A DNA stretch of 64,000 bases from an uncultured Verrucomicrobiae bacterium. Its GTDB lineage: Bacteria > Verrucomicrobiota > Verrucomicrobiia > Chthoniobacterales > Chthoniobacteraceae. Below the pieces are notes generated by a model. The model did no database searches, had not been told where the DNA came from, and worked only from the letters and a program-made list of their open reading frames with translations. Location of the stretch: the NCBI GenBank assembly GCA_963828525.1, contig CAWHEP010000003.1, forward strand, positions 64,001-128,000, written 5' to 3'. This document shows positions 20,674 through 29,770 of the stretch, piece by piece. A program made the position numbers and the translations under genes. The stretch's first letter is position 1; every line of letters starts with the position of its first letter.

Positions 20674-22764
20674 CTATTGAGCTTTTGCGTCTTCAATCGC
20701 GTTTCTTCGCAAGCTCTCGGCATGCCGCAAAGCCTCGGCCGCATCAGCTTTCCTGCCGAGTTCATCAAGAATGACTGACAACATGGCGAACTCACCAGGT
20801 TGAGCGGGGTCACGACGAATCGCAGCCATCTCCGCTTCATAAGCCGCGTCTGGCCTTTTCTGTTTCAGGTCGACCTGCGCGATAAGATTCAGGGGCTCTG
20901 TGCCATGGATATTCAATGTACTGGCATGGATAAGCGCGGTAATGGCAGAGGCTTCGTCGGACCGGGCGAGACGCAGTTGGCTGAGGCGCATATACGAATC
21001 ATAATGCCACCAGTGCCGCGCCGTATAATCCTCAACCATCCGTTCGGCGTCCTTCGCGCGAGAAGCCTTCTGAAGAATATCTGCTTCCGTGCTTACCAGA
21101 TCCCAAACGTCAGGGTTTTTCTTGATCGCTTCGTCCAGAGTCGAGATCGCCTCCGCGACTTTTCCGTCCTCACTTTCCAGGCGCCCCAGCGCGACAGCCG
21201 CCGCCCATGTGCGCGGGTAAGGTTTCGCGCTGGAATCGGCTGGCGCCCGAGCGGATACCAAATATTGGCGCGCCTCGTCTTTCCTCCCAAGCTCCGCAAG
21301 ATTGATCCCCAAGTTGATCCTCGCGGGCGCGAAGTCCGGGAACCGCTTTACTCCGTCCGTCAAAACTTCCACAGCCTTAACATAATCGTGGCGCTGATTG
21401 TAAACGAACCCGAGGTTGGTGTACATGCGGGCCGATCCGGCTCCGGCGCGGATCGTCTGCTTGTAGAACGCCTCGGGGTTGGCCCATTCCTGGCTGCGGA
21501 GCGCTGTCCTTACCCCCAGCGCGAATATCGCCAGCACCAGCAGTCCTGTCGCGATAGGAATGATTCTCCTGTGAAGCGCGAAGGCACAGCCGGCGAGGAA
21601 AAGCAGGAATCCAATGCTAGGAATGTAAATCCAATGTTCGGCGACCTGCGCGTTCAGAGGAAAAAGATTTGAGATCGGCAGGAAACCCGCCGTAAACCAG
21701 ACGGCGGAAAACAGGCAGAGGCGCTTCCCTTGGAAGTTTTTCGAAGGCACCCATGCTAACAGGGCGAGTGTCGCAGCGCCAAATATGGATAAGTATTCGA
21801 ATCGTATGTTTTGCTCCCAAACCTCGCGCGTGGCGTAAGTCGCAGGAGAAAAAACAACCCTTTCCATGTGCAGATCGCCCGGAAAAAGCATGAGGCTGCT
21901 GTAGTCGCCGAGGGCCCGAAGCATCAGGAGAATACGGGCGGGAAGTGTCTCCGCGGAATCTTCCCTCAAGGGCGTTCTCGGCCCCGGCAGACTGCGAAGA
22001 ACGTAATATGCCATCACTACTCCCAACAGCGCGGCGCACACGGCCACGACTGAACGCGCGGAAGGACGAGGTTTGGGCCCTGACGCCTCGAAGATGAGCG
22101 CTATGGTGAACAACTCCATCCATACAAGCCCCACTTCCTTGGAGCAAAGAGCCACAAGGGCGAGTACGAGAGCGAAGGCGTAGAGGCTTATTTTCCCACC
22201 GCGAGACGGCACCTGCCGTCCTTTCAGAAATCCCAGCCACGCCGCCAGAGCGAATAATGCGGCAAGGCTATCTGCCCGGCCCGCGATGTAGGCGACAGCC
22301 GCGTTATGGACTGGGTGAATCACCCATACAAGGGACACCATGAACGCAATCCCCCGGTCATCCCGCGGATCCCGTGAGACGCCGGCTTCGCTCGTAAGAC
22401 CCGGCAGGATGTTACACAACAGCTTGAAAAGGAGACACCCGCTAAGTCCATGGAGCAGGATATTCGTGAGATGGTAGCCGAAGGAGTTCGTGTTCCACAG
22501 CCAGTAGTCCAGCATGTACGACCAGTTCTGAACCGGCCTGTAGTAGATCGAGAAGGAGTCGAGAAAGAGCCAGTGGCGAAATACCTCAAAGAAAAAGATC
22601 GGACTTTTGAAGAATGGATTCTCCCGAACAAGGTAATGGTCATCCCACAGGATGTCGCCTTGCAGTGCCGGAGAATAAACAAGCAGAGCGCTGCCAAGCA
22701 GAAACAGGAGCGCAAGGGAATCGCGAATCCAGATGACTGAGAGGGCCTTGGTTAATCTGCTCAT
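20674..22764 (-). CDS. TMTC-like GT-C glycosyltransferase with C-terminal TPRs
   Basis: WDD motif after TM1, YYRP, YHLTNILLH, HPVH..AVAYIAGRAD, SKE and AEHWIYIP, followed by TPR repeats. ATG 22764 is preferred because 22804-22853 is a hairpin. Confidence 0.82.
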   Translation of the reverse strand: MSRLTKALSVIWIRDSLALLFLLGSALLVYSPALQGDILWDDHYLVRENPFFKSPIFFFEVFRHWLFLDSFSIYYRPVQNWSYMLDYWLWNTNSFGYHLTNILLHGLSGCLLFKLLCNILPGLTSEAGVSRDPRDDRGIAFMVSLVWVIHPVHNAAVAYIAGRADSLAALFALAAWLGFLKGRQVPSRGGKISLYAFALVLALVALCSKEVGLVWMELFTIALIFEASGPKPRPSARSVVAVCAALLGVVMAYYVLRSLPGPRTPLREDSAETLPARILLMLRALGDYSSLMLFPGDLHMERVVFSPATYATREVWEQNIRFEYLSIFGAATLALLAWVPSKNFQGKRLCLFSAVWFTAGFLPISNLFPLNAQVAEHWIYIPSIGFLLFLAGCAFALHRRIIPIATGLLVLAIFALGVRTALRSQEWANPEAFYKQTIRAGAGSARMYTNLGFVYNQRHDYVKAVEVLTDGVKRFPDFAPARINLGINLAELGRKDEARQYLVSARAPADSSAKPYPRTWAAAVALGRLESEDGKVAEAISTLDEAIKKNPDVWDLVSTEADILQKASRAKDAERMVEDYTARHWWHYDSYMRLSQLRLARSDEASAITALIHASTLNIHGTEPLNLIAQVDLKQKRPDAAYEAEMAAIRRDPAQPGEFAMLSVILDELGRKADAAEALRHAESLRRNAIEDAKAQ

Positions 22765-22803
22765 GGAACGCCCCTTGACGATAGGGATCCCTCGCCAAAC
22801 GCG

Positions 22804-22853
22804 CAAACATCCAGTCGCCCCGGTTCAAAGGAGAACGGACGACTGGATGTTTG
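22804..22853 (-). terminator. Stem-loop downstream of pilin 2 (terminator or mRNA stabiliser)
   Basis: Inverted repeat CAAACATCCAGTCG...CGACTGGATGTTTG. Confidence 0.6.
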
Positions 22854-22868
22854 GAATTTATCCAGCGG

Positions 22869-23267
22869 CTACTTGTATGGAGACCAGAATGCAGCTTCCG
22901 CCACATCCGACAGCGTGTTGAATGTGGGTGCGTTCACCTTTGGAACGGTATCAACAGAGAACGGCCCGTACGGGTTTCCGAAAAGGTCCGCTCCCGTCGC
23001 GTAGAGCGTCGTGCCGGTTTTCAGGTAGTTCTTCAAATCAGTGAAGTTCGTGACATAACCGGACGTTTTGCTGCTCTCGATGGCATACTGATCCAGGGCG
23101 TTGTCAAGCATCCGCAACTCCTCAATGGTGCGGGTGGCTTGTGAGCGCTTTCGACCGCGAATCCAACTCGGAATCGCAATCGCGGAGAGCAGGCCAATGA
23201 TAGCTACGACAATCATGATTTCCACCAATGTAAAGCCGCCGCGTGTCCGCATGAGCTTTTGTAACAT
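22869..23267 (-). CDS. Type IV pilin, paralog 2
   Basis: Class III signal peptide G|FTLVE followed by a hydrophobic helix. About 75% identical to the upstream pilin by hand alignment. Confidence 0.88.
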   Translation of the reverse strand: MLQKLMRTRGGFTLVEIMIVVAIIGLLSAIAIPSWIRGRKRSQATRTIEELRMLDNALDQYAIESSKTSGYVTNFTDLKNYLKTGTTLYATGADLFGNPYGPFSVDTVPKVNAPTFNTLSDVAEAAFWSPYK

Positions 23268-23347
23268 GGAGGGTCTTTCAGTTTTCAGGGTTGCATCACA
23301 GCCCGGCAGCGGAACCTCTGCTCCGTCCGCCCGCGCCTGTGAAACTC

Positions 23348-23391
23348 AACATCCAGTTGCCCGCGAACAACTAAGCGGACAACTGGATGTT
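23348..23391 (-). terminator. Stem-loop downstream of pilin 1, homologous to 22804-22853
   Basis: Inverted repeat AACATCCAGTTGCCCGC...GCGGACAACTGGATGTT. The single mismatch is a G-U pair on the minus-strand transcript. Confidence 0.6.
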
Positions 23392-23413
23392 CCATGAATT
23401 TTTTCCTTCTCTC

Positions 23414-23821
23414 TTACATGTAGGGCGACCAGAACGTGTTGGGCGCCACATCGGACAAGGAGTTGAAGGAAGCGGCAGGGACTTTAGGAACGAAGTCCAC
23501 GGAGAACGTTCCGGAGTTGCCGTACTGGTTGCCGAAGAGATCGCTGCCCGTGCTGTAAAGCGTGGTGCCCGTCTTCAGGTAGTTTTTGAGGTCAGTGAAG
23601 GTAGCCGAGAAGCCAGTGGTCTTGCTGGTTTCGATCGCGTACTGGTCGAGAGCGGAATCCAGCATGCGGAGATCCTCAAGCACGCGAGTCGCTTGGGAGC
23701 GCTTGCGAGCACGGAGGAAGTTAGGCACCGCGATCGCCGCCAACAGAGCGATGATCGCCACTACAATCATGATTTCAACGAGGGTAAAGCCCCCGCGATT
23801 CTTGTTAAGTTTCTGTAACAT
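23414..23821 (-). CDS. Type IV pilin, paralog 1 (probable major pilin)
   Basis: Leader MLQKLNKNRGG|FTLVEIMIVVAIIALLAAIAVP, E5, P22 and no cysteines. First gene after a sigma54-like promoter. Confidence 0.9.
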   Translation of the reverse strand: MLQKLNKNRGGFTLVEIMIVVAIIALLAAIAVPNFLRARKRSQATRVLEDLRMLDSALDQYAIETSKTTGFSATFTDLKNYLKTGTTLYSTGSDLFGNQYGNSGTFSVDFVPKVPAASFNSLSDVAPNTFWSPYM

Positions 23822-23888
23822 ATAATAATGAATTACTGCGTTTGTTTATTGTTTTGAATTATGCGACTTCTCGCTTACAACCCTTATA

Positions 23889-23904
23889 AGCAGAAGTGAT
23901 GCCA
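23889..23904 (-). promoter_or_regulatory. Sigma54 (-24/-12) promoter for the pilin operon
   Basis: Minus strand reads TGGCATCACTTCTGCT (GG-N10-GC), about 68 nt upstream of the pilin ATG. An AT-rich tract lies between them. Confidence 0.7.
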
Positions 23905-25770
23905 CCGATTGACATAAAGCCAGCACCGAGCCGCAGGTGGTTTGCTTCTGTACCGGTCTGGCTCTTCCTCCTTGCCTTTTTTGTCCGGCTGATTGTCCTG
24001 GCCCGGTTCAGCAACTCCGCCTACCTCATCCCCGCAGGGGGAGACATGAAGTTCTACAATGACTGGGCTCTCCGCATTTTAAAGGGTGTGTGGACAGACC
24101 ATCACGCTTTTTACGGTCTCCCCGGCTACGCGTTTTTCCTTGCGGGAATCTATCGTGCCTTGGGCTACAACCCCTTTGTGGTGGGGCTGCTGCAGTGCGC
24201 TTGCGAGGCGACAACAGGCGTCATTATCTACGAATTGGCGCGGGCTGTATTCCCAGAATGTCAACCGCCTGGCCAGGTTTGGAGCCGGGGTGAAATTATT
24301 GGAATCGCAGCCGCGGCCGGCTGGACGTTCTTCGAGCCCGCGCAGGCCTTTTCTGTGATCCTGATGCCTACAACATGGCTGGTTTGCGCCTATTGGGCGT
24401 GCGTTCTGTGGGCCGCGCGGACACGTTCTTCCTCCGCGTGGCGGCCTTGGCTATGGATGGGGCTCCTGGTCGGAATCGTGTCTACGATGGTGGCGACGAT
24501 CCTCTTCATAATCGTTCTTATTGTTGCCGCGATCTGGATCAACGTGGACTCCCAAAAGCCGCTCCTTGCCCGGCTGGCAAAACTGTCAGGGTCAGTCGGG
24601 GTGCTGTTGCTCGGAGTCTTTGCCGGCATGTCCCCCTGCTGGCTCCATAACTACTTCGTTGCCGGGGAGCCAGTTCTGCTTTCCGCCCACAGCGGCGTCA
24701 ACTTCTATATAGGGAATAATCCGCTGGCAAATGGCTATCCGAAAATCCCCCCAGGCCTCCGTGCCGGACAAGCCGGAATGCTTCAGGATTCCATCACAAT
24801 GGCAGAGACGGCGGCCGGTCATCCCCTCACCCGCGCCGAGGTCTCCCATTTCTGGTCGTCAAAGGCCAACGCTTACATCCATTCTCATTTTTTAGAGTGG
24901 ATTCGTCTAAATTGCATCAAATTTAAGAATTTCTGGAATTCCTTCCAGTATGATGACCTTAGTCTCATCACGCTTCTGGAGGAGGAGGGTTTCCTCACCC
25001 CATCAATCCGCTTCGGCGTGGTTGCAGCGTTTGGGATTGCAGGCATGATCATCGCTGGCATCAGATCGCCACGCTCACGCTGGATCATTGCCGCCATTCT
25101 TCTACACATGTGCGCGCTTCTCCCAGTGTTCATTACCGAGCGTTACCGCATGGCGGCCGTTCCCGGCCTTCTTCTTATGGGCTGTTACGCGCTTTGGACT
25201 TTGTTCACCTCCCTCCTTTCCAGCCGCTGGGGAGAGTCACTGGCTGTCTGTTCGCTTTGCGCAGCCTCGACGCTTTTCGTGTCCTGGCCTGTATCGGATC
25301 CGGGCTTGTGGTCGCTGGACTGCTACAATACGGGGATCAAAGCAACTGAAGCCGGTCATCTTGAAAGGGCCAAGGAGAAGCTGGAGAAGGCCTATGCGTA
25401 CGTCCCGAATAATTCTGAGATCAATTTCGCGTTGGGCAACCTTTGGGTGAAAGAAGGAGAGCCGCGAAAGGCCAAGGCGTTCTATCGCAGAACACTGGAA
25501 ATCAATCCTCGCCACAGCGGCGCTTACGACAACCTGGGCATGCTCGCGATGAACGAACACCAGTGGACGATTGCCCGCGCGTTTCTGTCACGGTCCGCGG
25601 ACATCGAACCTGGAGACGCCAAAACGCACTTCCTGCTATCCGAATCTCTGCTGGAGGAAGGTCAAGTGGAACCGGCGGGAGACGAGATCAACAAGGCACT
25701 CTCCCTGGCGCCGGACCGAAAGGAATTCCAGGATTTGCAATCGACCATCCGCGCGAGGGAGCAACGATGA
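23896..25770 (+). CDS. GT-C (PMT/ArnT-like) glycosyltransferase with C-terminal TPRs
   Basis: GDMKFYNDWA loop after TM1, PGY, many TMs, NFYIGNNP and ERYR, followed by TPRs. Start uncertain. Confidence 0.8.
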   Translation: MMPPIDIKPAPSRRWFASVPVWLFLLAFFVRLIVLARFSNSAYLIPAGGDMKFYNDWALRILKGVWTDHHAFYGLPGYAFFLAGIYRALGYNPFVVGLLQCACEATTGVIIYELARAVFPECQPPGQVWSRGEIIGIAAAAGWTFFEPAQAFSVILMPTTWLVCAYWACVLWAARTRSSSAWRPWLWMGLLVGIVSTMVATILFIIVLIVAAIWINVDSQKPLLARLAKLSGSVGVLLLGVFAGMSPCWLHNYFVAGEPVLLSAHSGVNFYIGNNPLANGYPKIPPGLRAGQAGMLQDSITMAETAAGHPLTRAEVSHFWSSKANAYIHSHFLEWIRLNCIKFKNFWNSFQYDDLSLITLLEEEGFLTPSIRFGVVAAFGIAGMIIAGIRSPRSRWIIAAILLHMCALLPVFITERYRMAAVPGLLLMGCYALWTLFTSLLSSRWGESLAVCSLCAASTLFVSWPVSDPGLWSLDCYNTGIKATEAGHLERAKEKLEKAYAYVPNNSEINFALGNLWVKEGEPRKAKAFYRRTLEINPRHSGAYDNLGMLAMNEHQWTIARAFLSRSADIEPGDAKTHFLLSESLLEEGQVEPAGDEINKALSLAPDRKEFQDLQSTIRAREQR

Positions 25771-27047
25771 CAGACGCCGAAACGCCTGCCGCCCGACGCA
25801 GCGGTGGCGCCATCATCCTTTGCTCCGCGCTGCTCGGCTTGCTCCTGAAGCTGTACTGCGCATGGACGACGTTTGGTTCCAACGACGTGCTGCTGCACCT
25901 CGCTTACGGGGAACTGCTCTCCAAGCACGGCTTGAAAGCCATGTATGAGAAGACATCTCTCTTCAACCACACACCCTTGGTAGCGGGATATTTTGCCGCA
26001 AGCTACCAGTCCGCAAACTTCCTGGGGACCAAGTTCCCTGCTCTTATGGCCTTCTTCCCGCAAAGCGCGCGGGATCATCCGTTCCTTTTCCCGCTGTGTC
26101 TCCGCATCCCGCCCATTCTCGCGGACCTATTGGCGGTGGGCCTTGTGGTCCGCTTTCAGCGGAGGACGGGGCGCCTGCCGGTCTGGGCTATCTGCCTCTT
26201 CGCCCTGAGTCCCGTCTCTTTCATGGTTTCCGGGTATCACGGGAATTTCGATTCCATGATGGTCCTGTTTCTCCTGTTAGCCGCGGCAATGGCGGATGAG
26301 GAGCGTCCTCTGATGTGCGCGGTCGCTCTCGGAGTGGCCTGTAATTTTAAAATAATATCCGTGCTTCTCGGCCCAATCTTTTTTTTCTACTGGCTGCATC
26401 GAGGCGAGGGCGTCCGGTTTGCGGCGCTCACCGCGGCTGTGTGTCTTGCGGGGTGGTCGCCGGCGCTTTTGTTATGTCCGGCATTGTTCCTCCATAATGT
26501 GCTTGGCTACAGCAGTTACTGGGGCATCTGGGGGATAACCTACTGGCTCCGAGCCACAGGCATCCCGGGTTTTGCAAAGGTATCTTTTACCGGATTGAGC
26601 GCGCGGCAGGTTACGACGATGACAGTTCTGAAGTTTGCAGTCATCTTCAGTATTCTCGCGCTGGCCTGGCGCCGGCGCGCTCTTCCGGGAAGATGTATCT
26701 TTGCGACAATCGCGTACGCCTGGGCGGTTTTCTTTACGATTGCGCCTGGGGTTTGCGCCCAGTACATGGTTTGGCCCGCTCCCTTTATTCTGCTTTGCTC
26801 CACGTCCTGGTACCTCATTTTCACGGCCGCGAGCGCGCTTTTCCTGTTCAGATTCTACGACGTGATCTCGGAAGGCATGCCTTGGTATTATGGAAGCTCA
26901 ACCAACAACCTGGACCACCTTTGGGTTCCCTGGACAAACATCCCTTGGGTCGTGATGTTTGCGGCGCTGCTCATTTTCTGCCGTCGGATTGTAATCGGAA
27001 CAGCGCAACCATCTGATCAGGACGCGCTCTCCACCGCAGATTTATGA
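25767..27047 (+). CDS. GT-C membrane glycosyltransferase (GT87/PIG-M-like)
   Basis: GSNDV, FNHTP, SGYHGNFD and NFK motifs, multi-TM. ATGA overlap with the upstream stop at 25767-25770. Confidence 0.72.
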   Translation: MTDAETPAARRSGGAIILCSALLGLLLKLYCAWTTFGSNDVLLHLAYGELLSKHGLKAMYEKTSLFNHTPLVAGYFAASYQSANFLGTKFPALMAFFPQSARDHPFLFPLCLRIPPILADLLAVGLVVRFQRRTGRLPVWAICLFALSPVSFMVSGYHGNFDSMMVLFLLLAAAMADEERPLMCAVALGVACNFKIISVLLGPIFFFYWLHRGEGVRFAALTAAVCLAGWSPALLLCPALFLHNVLGYSSYWGIWGITYWLRATGIPGFAKVSFTGLSARQVTTMTVLKFAVIFSILALAWRRRALPGRCIFATIAYAWAVFFTIAPGVCAQYMVWPAPFILLCSTSWYLIFTAASALFLFRFYDVISEGMPWYYGSSTNNLDHLWVPWTNIPWVVMFAALLIFCRRIVIGTAQPSDQDALSTADL

Positions 27048-28292
27048 ACGGAACCACCCCCTCGGACGCGCCAGAGGATGCCCCGCGGCCAAGCCTCCTT
27101 CACGACTTCCGCTGGCTGGGCGCGGTTTGCCTGATCGCTGCCATCGGTATTTTCCTTCGGGTTTATCCCTCGGGGACTTTTGCGCACATCGGATACGACG
27201 AGAACCTGTACAGGAACTACGTGAACCAACTGTACTACACCGGCCTCACCGAATACCCGTCGATCGTCGAGAGTTACATCATCGAGCAAAGGAAACTGCC
27301 GGGATCGATCCTGCCGCCAATGCGCTTCCTGTATATCTTCACGTCGTCGTTATGGAAACACTCCTTTGGCGGCGAGACTCTCAAGGTTCTGCGATCGGTC
27401 GCGTGCTTTTTTAGCGTCCTCACGCTGCTCCTCTCAGGCATTTTTGCATTCCGGCTTGGAGGCAAGAAGACTTGCCTTGCGGTTCTGGCTCTCATTGGAT
27501 GCGCACCCACCCAGATTCACATGGGCCAGCACGCGCTCGTGGATGGCTTCTTCACATTCTGGGCGCTTCTTACTCTCTGGCTGTTCTGGGAAGCGCTCCA
27601 GCATCCCGACAGGAAGCGGTGGATAATTTGCTATTGCGCGTCGTTCGCGTGCATGGTCATGACGAAGGAGAATTCATTTTTTGTATTCTTCGCCATTTGC
27701 GGTCTTATGGTCGTCGCTCGCTGGTTGAAGCTGGGGCAGGTTTCGCGCCCGCTCGTGCTGATGACTGTCGCAGGGCCTCTCTTGGGCGTTTGCCTGCTGA
27801 TTGCTCTTGCCGGGGGTGTCAGCAACTTCATTGAGACTTACCACCTATCGGTAACAAAGAACCTGGTTCTGCCCTACGCAATCAAGACCGGGGATGGGCC
27901 GTGGTACAGGTATTTGGTGGACTTGATGCTGGTAAGCCCGCTCATTCTGATGCTCGCGATCGGTCGGATGTTTGAACTCAGATCCGAAAACCGGCAGGAG
28001 ATATTCCTGATACTGTTCATCCTGTTTAGCTACCTTGTCATGGCGAACCTAAAGTACGGAATGAACCTCCGGTACGCGAACATGTGGGATTTTCCGCTCC
28101 GCTACCTTGCTTACGGATTGCTTACTACGTTAAGCGCCCGGTGCGGGCGATGGAAAGACGCCTGCCTGATCGGCAGCCTCGCTGGCATCTGTCTTTTCGA
28201 GGTGCATCAGTACCTACGTCTTCTTCGTTGATTTCGGACTTTACGAACTCATCAGCGAGGGGCTGTTGCGCGCTGTAAACATACTAAAGTGA
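27044..28292 (+). CDS. GT-C (PMT_2/ArnT-like) glycosyltransferase (apparent +1 frameshift near 28213)
   Basis: GYDENLY acidic motif, ALVDG and MTKE. Removing one base extends the C-terminus as YYVFFVDFGLYELISEGLLRAVNILK* to TGA 28290-28292. The unshifted ORF ends at 28231. Confidence 0.75.
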
Positions 28293-29765
28293 TCCATCCG
28301 CGTTAGCGGATCCCACTTCCGCGTGAATTTCTTGCAACTCCACAAGGAGATTATGGACAGTTGGATTTGCGCGAGCTCTAAGGAATATCTGATAGGAAAA
28401 AAGGCCCTTATTAAATCGGATCAGGAGCCCGTTGAACCACGCAAGAGTCTTGCTCATCCAATTAATCCCCAATACCCGCGCGTACGGCGCGGGGATGCCG
28501 CGAACCTCCTCTATGGTATAACCAGTCTGCTCCAGCAGCTCGCGCAGAGAGGAAATTGTGAATAGACGGGTGTGCGTCCGATCAAGGATACCCTTCCTGC
28601 CGTAGTTGAAGTGCCCCGCGAGCAGCATAAGCCGGGTAACGAAAAAGGCGATGTTCGCGGTCGTTAAAATAATTTCCGGCCGCGTCCGAGCCGCGGCTGC
28701 CCGAAGCTTTTCCATGAACTCTTCCGGGTCGCTGAGGTGCTCTATGATATCGAGCATGAATATTTGCTCATATTGAGATACGTCGACGGGACTTTCCCCG
28801 CCATCCAGATCCCAGCGATGAAAGTCTATATTCCGGATGGAGCGAATTCCCGGATCATACCGATCCACGGCGGTGACTCTGCCAGCCTTTTTAGCAAACT
28901 CCCGGGCAACGTATCCCCTACCGCATCCCAAATCGAGAATGGAGGCGCCCGTCCTGACAGCGCCTATGGCGGCGGTGTGCGAAGAAGGGAACCCCAGTTT
29001 GAGATCATAGGTTTCCTCGACAGGTTCGACATCAAACTTCCTGTCGTATAGCAGTGTTTTCCTGTGGAACGAGGCTCGGAGGGTTGCACGAAAGATTTTC
29101 CAGGCCACGTACAGGCTTAACTGATCTCCGGGCGTCGGCGCGGAAGCGGCGAGTCGCGTTACCGGCAGATTTGAAGAAAGGAACTGTATAGCCAGTTCGG
29201 TATCGAAACGCTCGTCATTACTGTTTCTCTCGAAAGGAACGCTCCTGATCGCCTCAACTGAATAGACTCGATAAGCGGCATCGAACGGCGCAAACTCTGT
29301 ATGCAGCAGACGACGCTGCGCGACGCCGAGACATCCAGCCAGCATCGTATGAAGTGAAGAACCACTCACCGGCGGGCCCAGCGCGGCTGCAGCGGGGGGA
29401 TTGGAGAGCGCGGAAGCAACCGCAAATTTGATGCCCGCGGCATCAGCACCCGCAGGCACCGTCACCACCAAGTCGAAGTTCTGTTCCACGGCGTACCGGA
29501 AGCCAAGCTTCTGATTCGCGCCGTGATTCGATGAATTCGCAGGATGGCCGCTTATAACTCGCGCGTTAGCGGGAACCGCGGCGTTTTTGCTCCGGTGATG
29601 AACGAAAGAAAAGACCGTGACATCCCATTCACCAAGCTCTGCGCAGACAGTGGCGACAGTGGTTCCGTTGCTCAAGCCCGGCAAGAGAACAAGAAGACGC
29701 GGACCCGTGGCAGCAGCCAGGCAGGATGAATCTGGTTCAGACACTCGCTCCATTATGTCATTCAC
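28284..29765 (-). CDS. Degenerate GT2 domain fused to a class I SAM methyltransferase
   Basis: GT2 remnants (GANQKLGFRYA, YRVYS, NSND..FDTE). Methyltransferase motifs ILDLGCGRG, LDIIEHL and GILDRTH. Confidence 0.8.
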   Translation of the reverse strand: MNDIMERVSEPDSSCLAAATGPRLLVLLPGLSNGTTVATVCAELGEWDVTVFSFVHHRSKNAAVPANARVISGHPANSSNHGANQKLGFRYAVEQNFDLVVTVPAGADAAGIKFAVASALSNPPAAAALGPPVSGSSLHTMLAGCLGVAQRRLLHTEFAPFDAAYRVYSVEAIRSVPFERNSNDERFDTELAIQFLSSNLPVTRLAASAPTPGDQLSLYVAWKIFRATLRASFHRKTLLYDRKFDVEPVEETYDLKLGFPSSHTAAIGAVRTGASILDLGCGRGYVAREFAKKAGRVTAVDRYDPGIRSIRNIDFHRWDLDGGESPVDVSQYEQIFMLDIIEHLSDPEEFMEKLRAAAARTRPEIILTTANIAFFVTRLMLLAGHFNYGRKGILDRTHTRLFTISSLRELLEQTGYTIEEVRGIPAPYARVLGINWMSKTLAWFNGLLIRFNKGLFSYQIFLRARANPTVHNLLVELQEIHAEVGSANADGSL

Positions 29766-29770
29766 CGGCG

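Noticed and set aside
22869..23821. Electrically conductive (e-pili) pilins; pilin 1 is about 12% aromatic
   Set aside because: Pilin 1 has no aromatic residues at mature positions 27, 32 or 57 and has a 25-residue aromatic-free gap (25-49). No cytochrome genes are nearby.
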